Origin: Bugula neritina
Lineage: Eukaryota; Animalia; Bryozoa
Length of the DNA: 24,348 nucleotides
Reading direction: 5' to 3'
Assembly (NCBI GenBank): GCA_964035545.1
Contig: CAXIUT010000069.1
Coordinates: 23,264-47,611, forward strand
Shown here: positions 23,116-24,348 of the stretch, piece by piece
Position numbering within the stretch: position 1 is the stretch's first letter
Layout of the letters: the number at the start of each line of letters is the position of its first letter
Notes under the pieces: model-generated
Seen by the model: the letters and a program-made list of their open reading frames with translations, nothing else
What the model was told of the DNA's origin: nothing
Database searches by the model: none
Position numbers and translations under genes: made by a program

Positions 23116-23192
23116 GGCGATGGTAGAGAGAGAGAATTTATTTGATAATAATACTATAGATAATTGAATTCTATTGATATAATCATCGAATA

Positions 23193-24185
23193 ATGAAGAG
23201 CAGCACTTTCCATCCCCAAAACATCCTCCAATCATCATTGCAAAGAACGCTAGCCTGTTATTCTTTGGATAGATGTTTCAAACCTTCCAAAATGATCCAG
23301 TTGGCTATATAAGGTACCAAAACATGTGAAATAGATAAGTAATGCGGCTTGAAAAAACGACTGATAGAGGTGTCGTATGATCGCAAAGAGTAGAATATGA
23401 GCTCATATAATCAAAATTGTCAGGAAGAGCTCACTGAACTAACTTAATATTACAAATATTATACACAAAGTTCGATCAGCTATCAACCGGCTTTTTTCAA
23501 ATTGATGCATTGTTATCGATAGCAAAGGAAAGCTCTCTAGTACAATAGATTGAAACTGCTCTTGGATTTATCGGAATCAACTCATAAGAGTTCAAGGCTA
23601 TAAAATAGTTTAGAGTCCTTTAGGTTGCTTTCTATGTTGCAGGTTACTAATGAAGAGAGCGTTATGTTTTAGAAGTTGAAGGAGAAGTTGCAAGGAGGCT
23701 ATAGTGGTCCTTTTAGAAGTTTAGAATAAGTTGATAGGCAATACTGTTTCTCCAAAACTGTTAATTTAAGTAAATGTGGATAAATTGGAAAAAGAAAAGG
23801 ATAAAAAATGATTACCTAAAAAGATAATAGAGAACATGGCTTTAAAGGAAGAAGTGCTGGTAGAAACAATAGTTGTGGACTCTTAATTGATTATTCTTCC
23901 AGAAAAGAGAATGTCAAACCGAAAATAAAAAGAAAAAAACATAATTCTATGGATAACTTGGACTCACTAAAGCGTCAAGATAATAGTCTGCTTAGAACTA
24001 AGACTGAAATGTTGAGAACAGTTAAGTCAAATAAGGGAGAATCACGTCCGCTTGAAGTGAAAAGGAAAATTCAGGGTGTAAAGGAACAGATAAAGAGAGA
24101 GAAGGAAATGATGAGGAAGAGATGCGAGAGTGCAAGGATTAGAAAGCAGATGCAGTAGCGTTTGGGAAGAAAGATAAGGCATTGA
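23193..24185 (+). CDS. Hypothetical protein, 330 aa, basic C-terminus
   Basis: Open frame from ATG23193 to TGA24183-24185, including track ORF 23949-24158. Ends 70 nt before the telomere. Confidence 0.75.
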
Positions 24186-24255
24186 ATATTTATTGATTTC
24201 TATCAATTATGCCTCTTTGGCATTCGATTTATCAATAAAATATTAAATCTCTCGA

Positions 24256-24348
24256 GGGGTTGGGGGGGTTGGGGTTGGGGTTGGGGTTGGGGTTGGGGTT
24301 GGGGTTGGGGTTGGGGTTGGGGTTGGGGTTGAGGGTTGGGGTTGGGGG
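24256..24348. repeat. Right telomere, (TTGGGG)n
   Basis: About 15 G4T2 units up to the window end, with a few variant units. Confidence 0.97.

Noticed and set aside
3172-24158. The short ORFs of the supplied six-frame track as real small genes
   Set aside because: They assume TAA/TAG are stops. They are fragments of longer TAR=Glu genes, or antisense and out-of-frame shadows.

Overview
This is ciliate macronuclear DNA running telomere to telomere: (CCCCAA)n at 1-72 and (TTGGGG)n at 24256-24348, plus an internal (GGGGTT)10 tract at 10199-10262. The supplied ORF track is misleading because TAA and TAG both encode Glu and TGA is the only stop (peritrich-type code, NCBI table 30). Retranslated by hand, the window holds 12 densely packed genes: a Sin3-like corepressor (with many 1-nt deletions, probably sequencing error), a P4-ATPase flippase, MOB4/phocein, a CHID1-like GH18 protein, a MORN-repeat protein, a CFAP97/KIAA1430-domain protein, a large PAS-domain membrane protein and five hypotheticals. 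The most striking signal is that all 13 introns I could infer are exactly 20 nt and fit GTA-N11-A-NNN-AG, with an invariant A 6 nt from the 3' end. Also notable are a near-perfect 2.3-kb array of a 25-bp unit filling a whole intergenic spacer and tandem duplications in most other spacers. All gene models are manual and have no RNA support.
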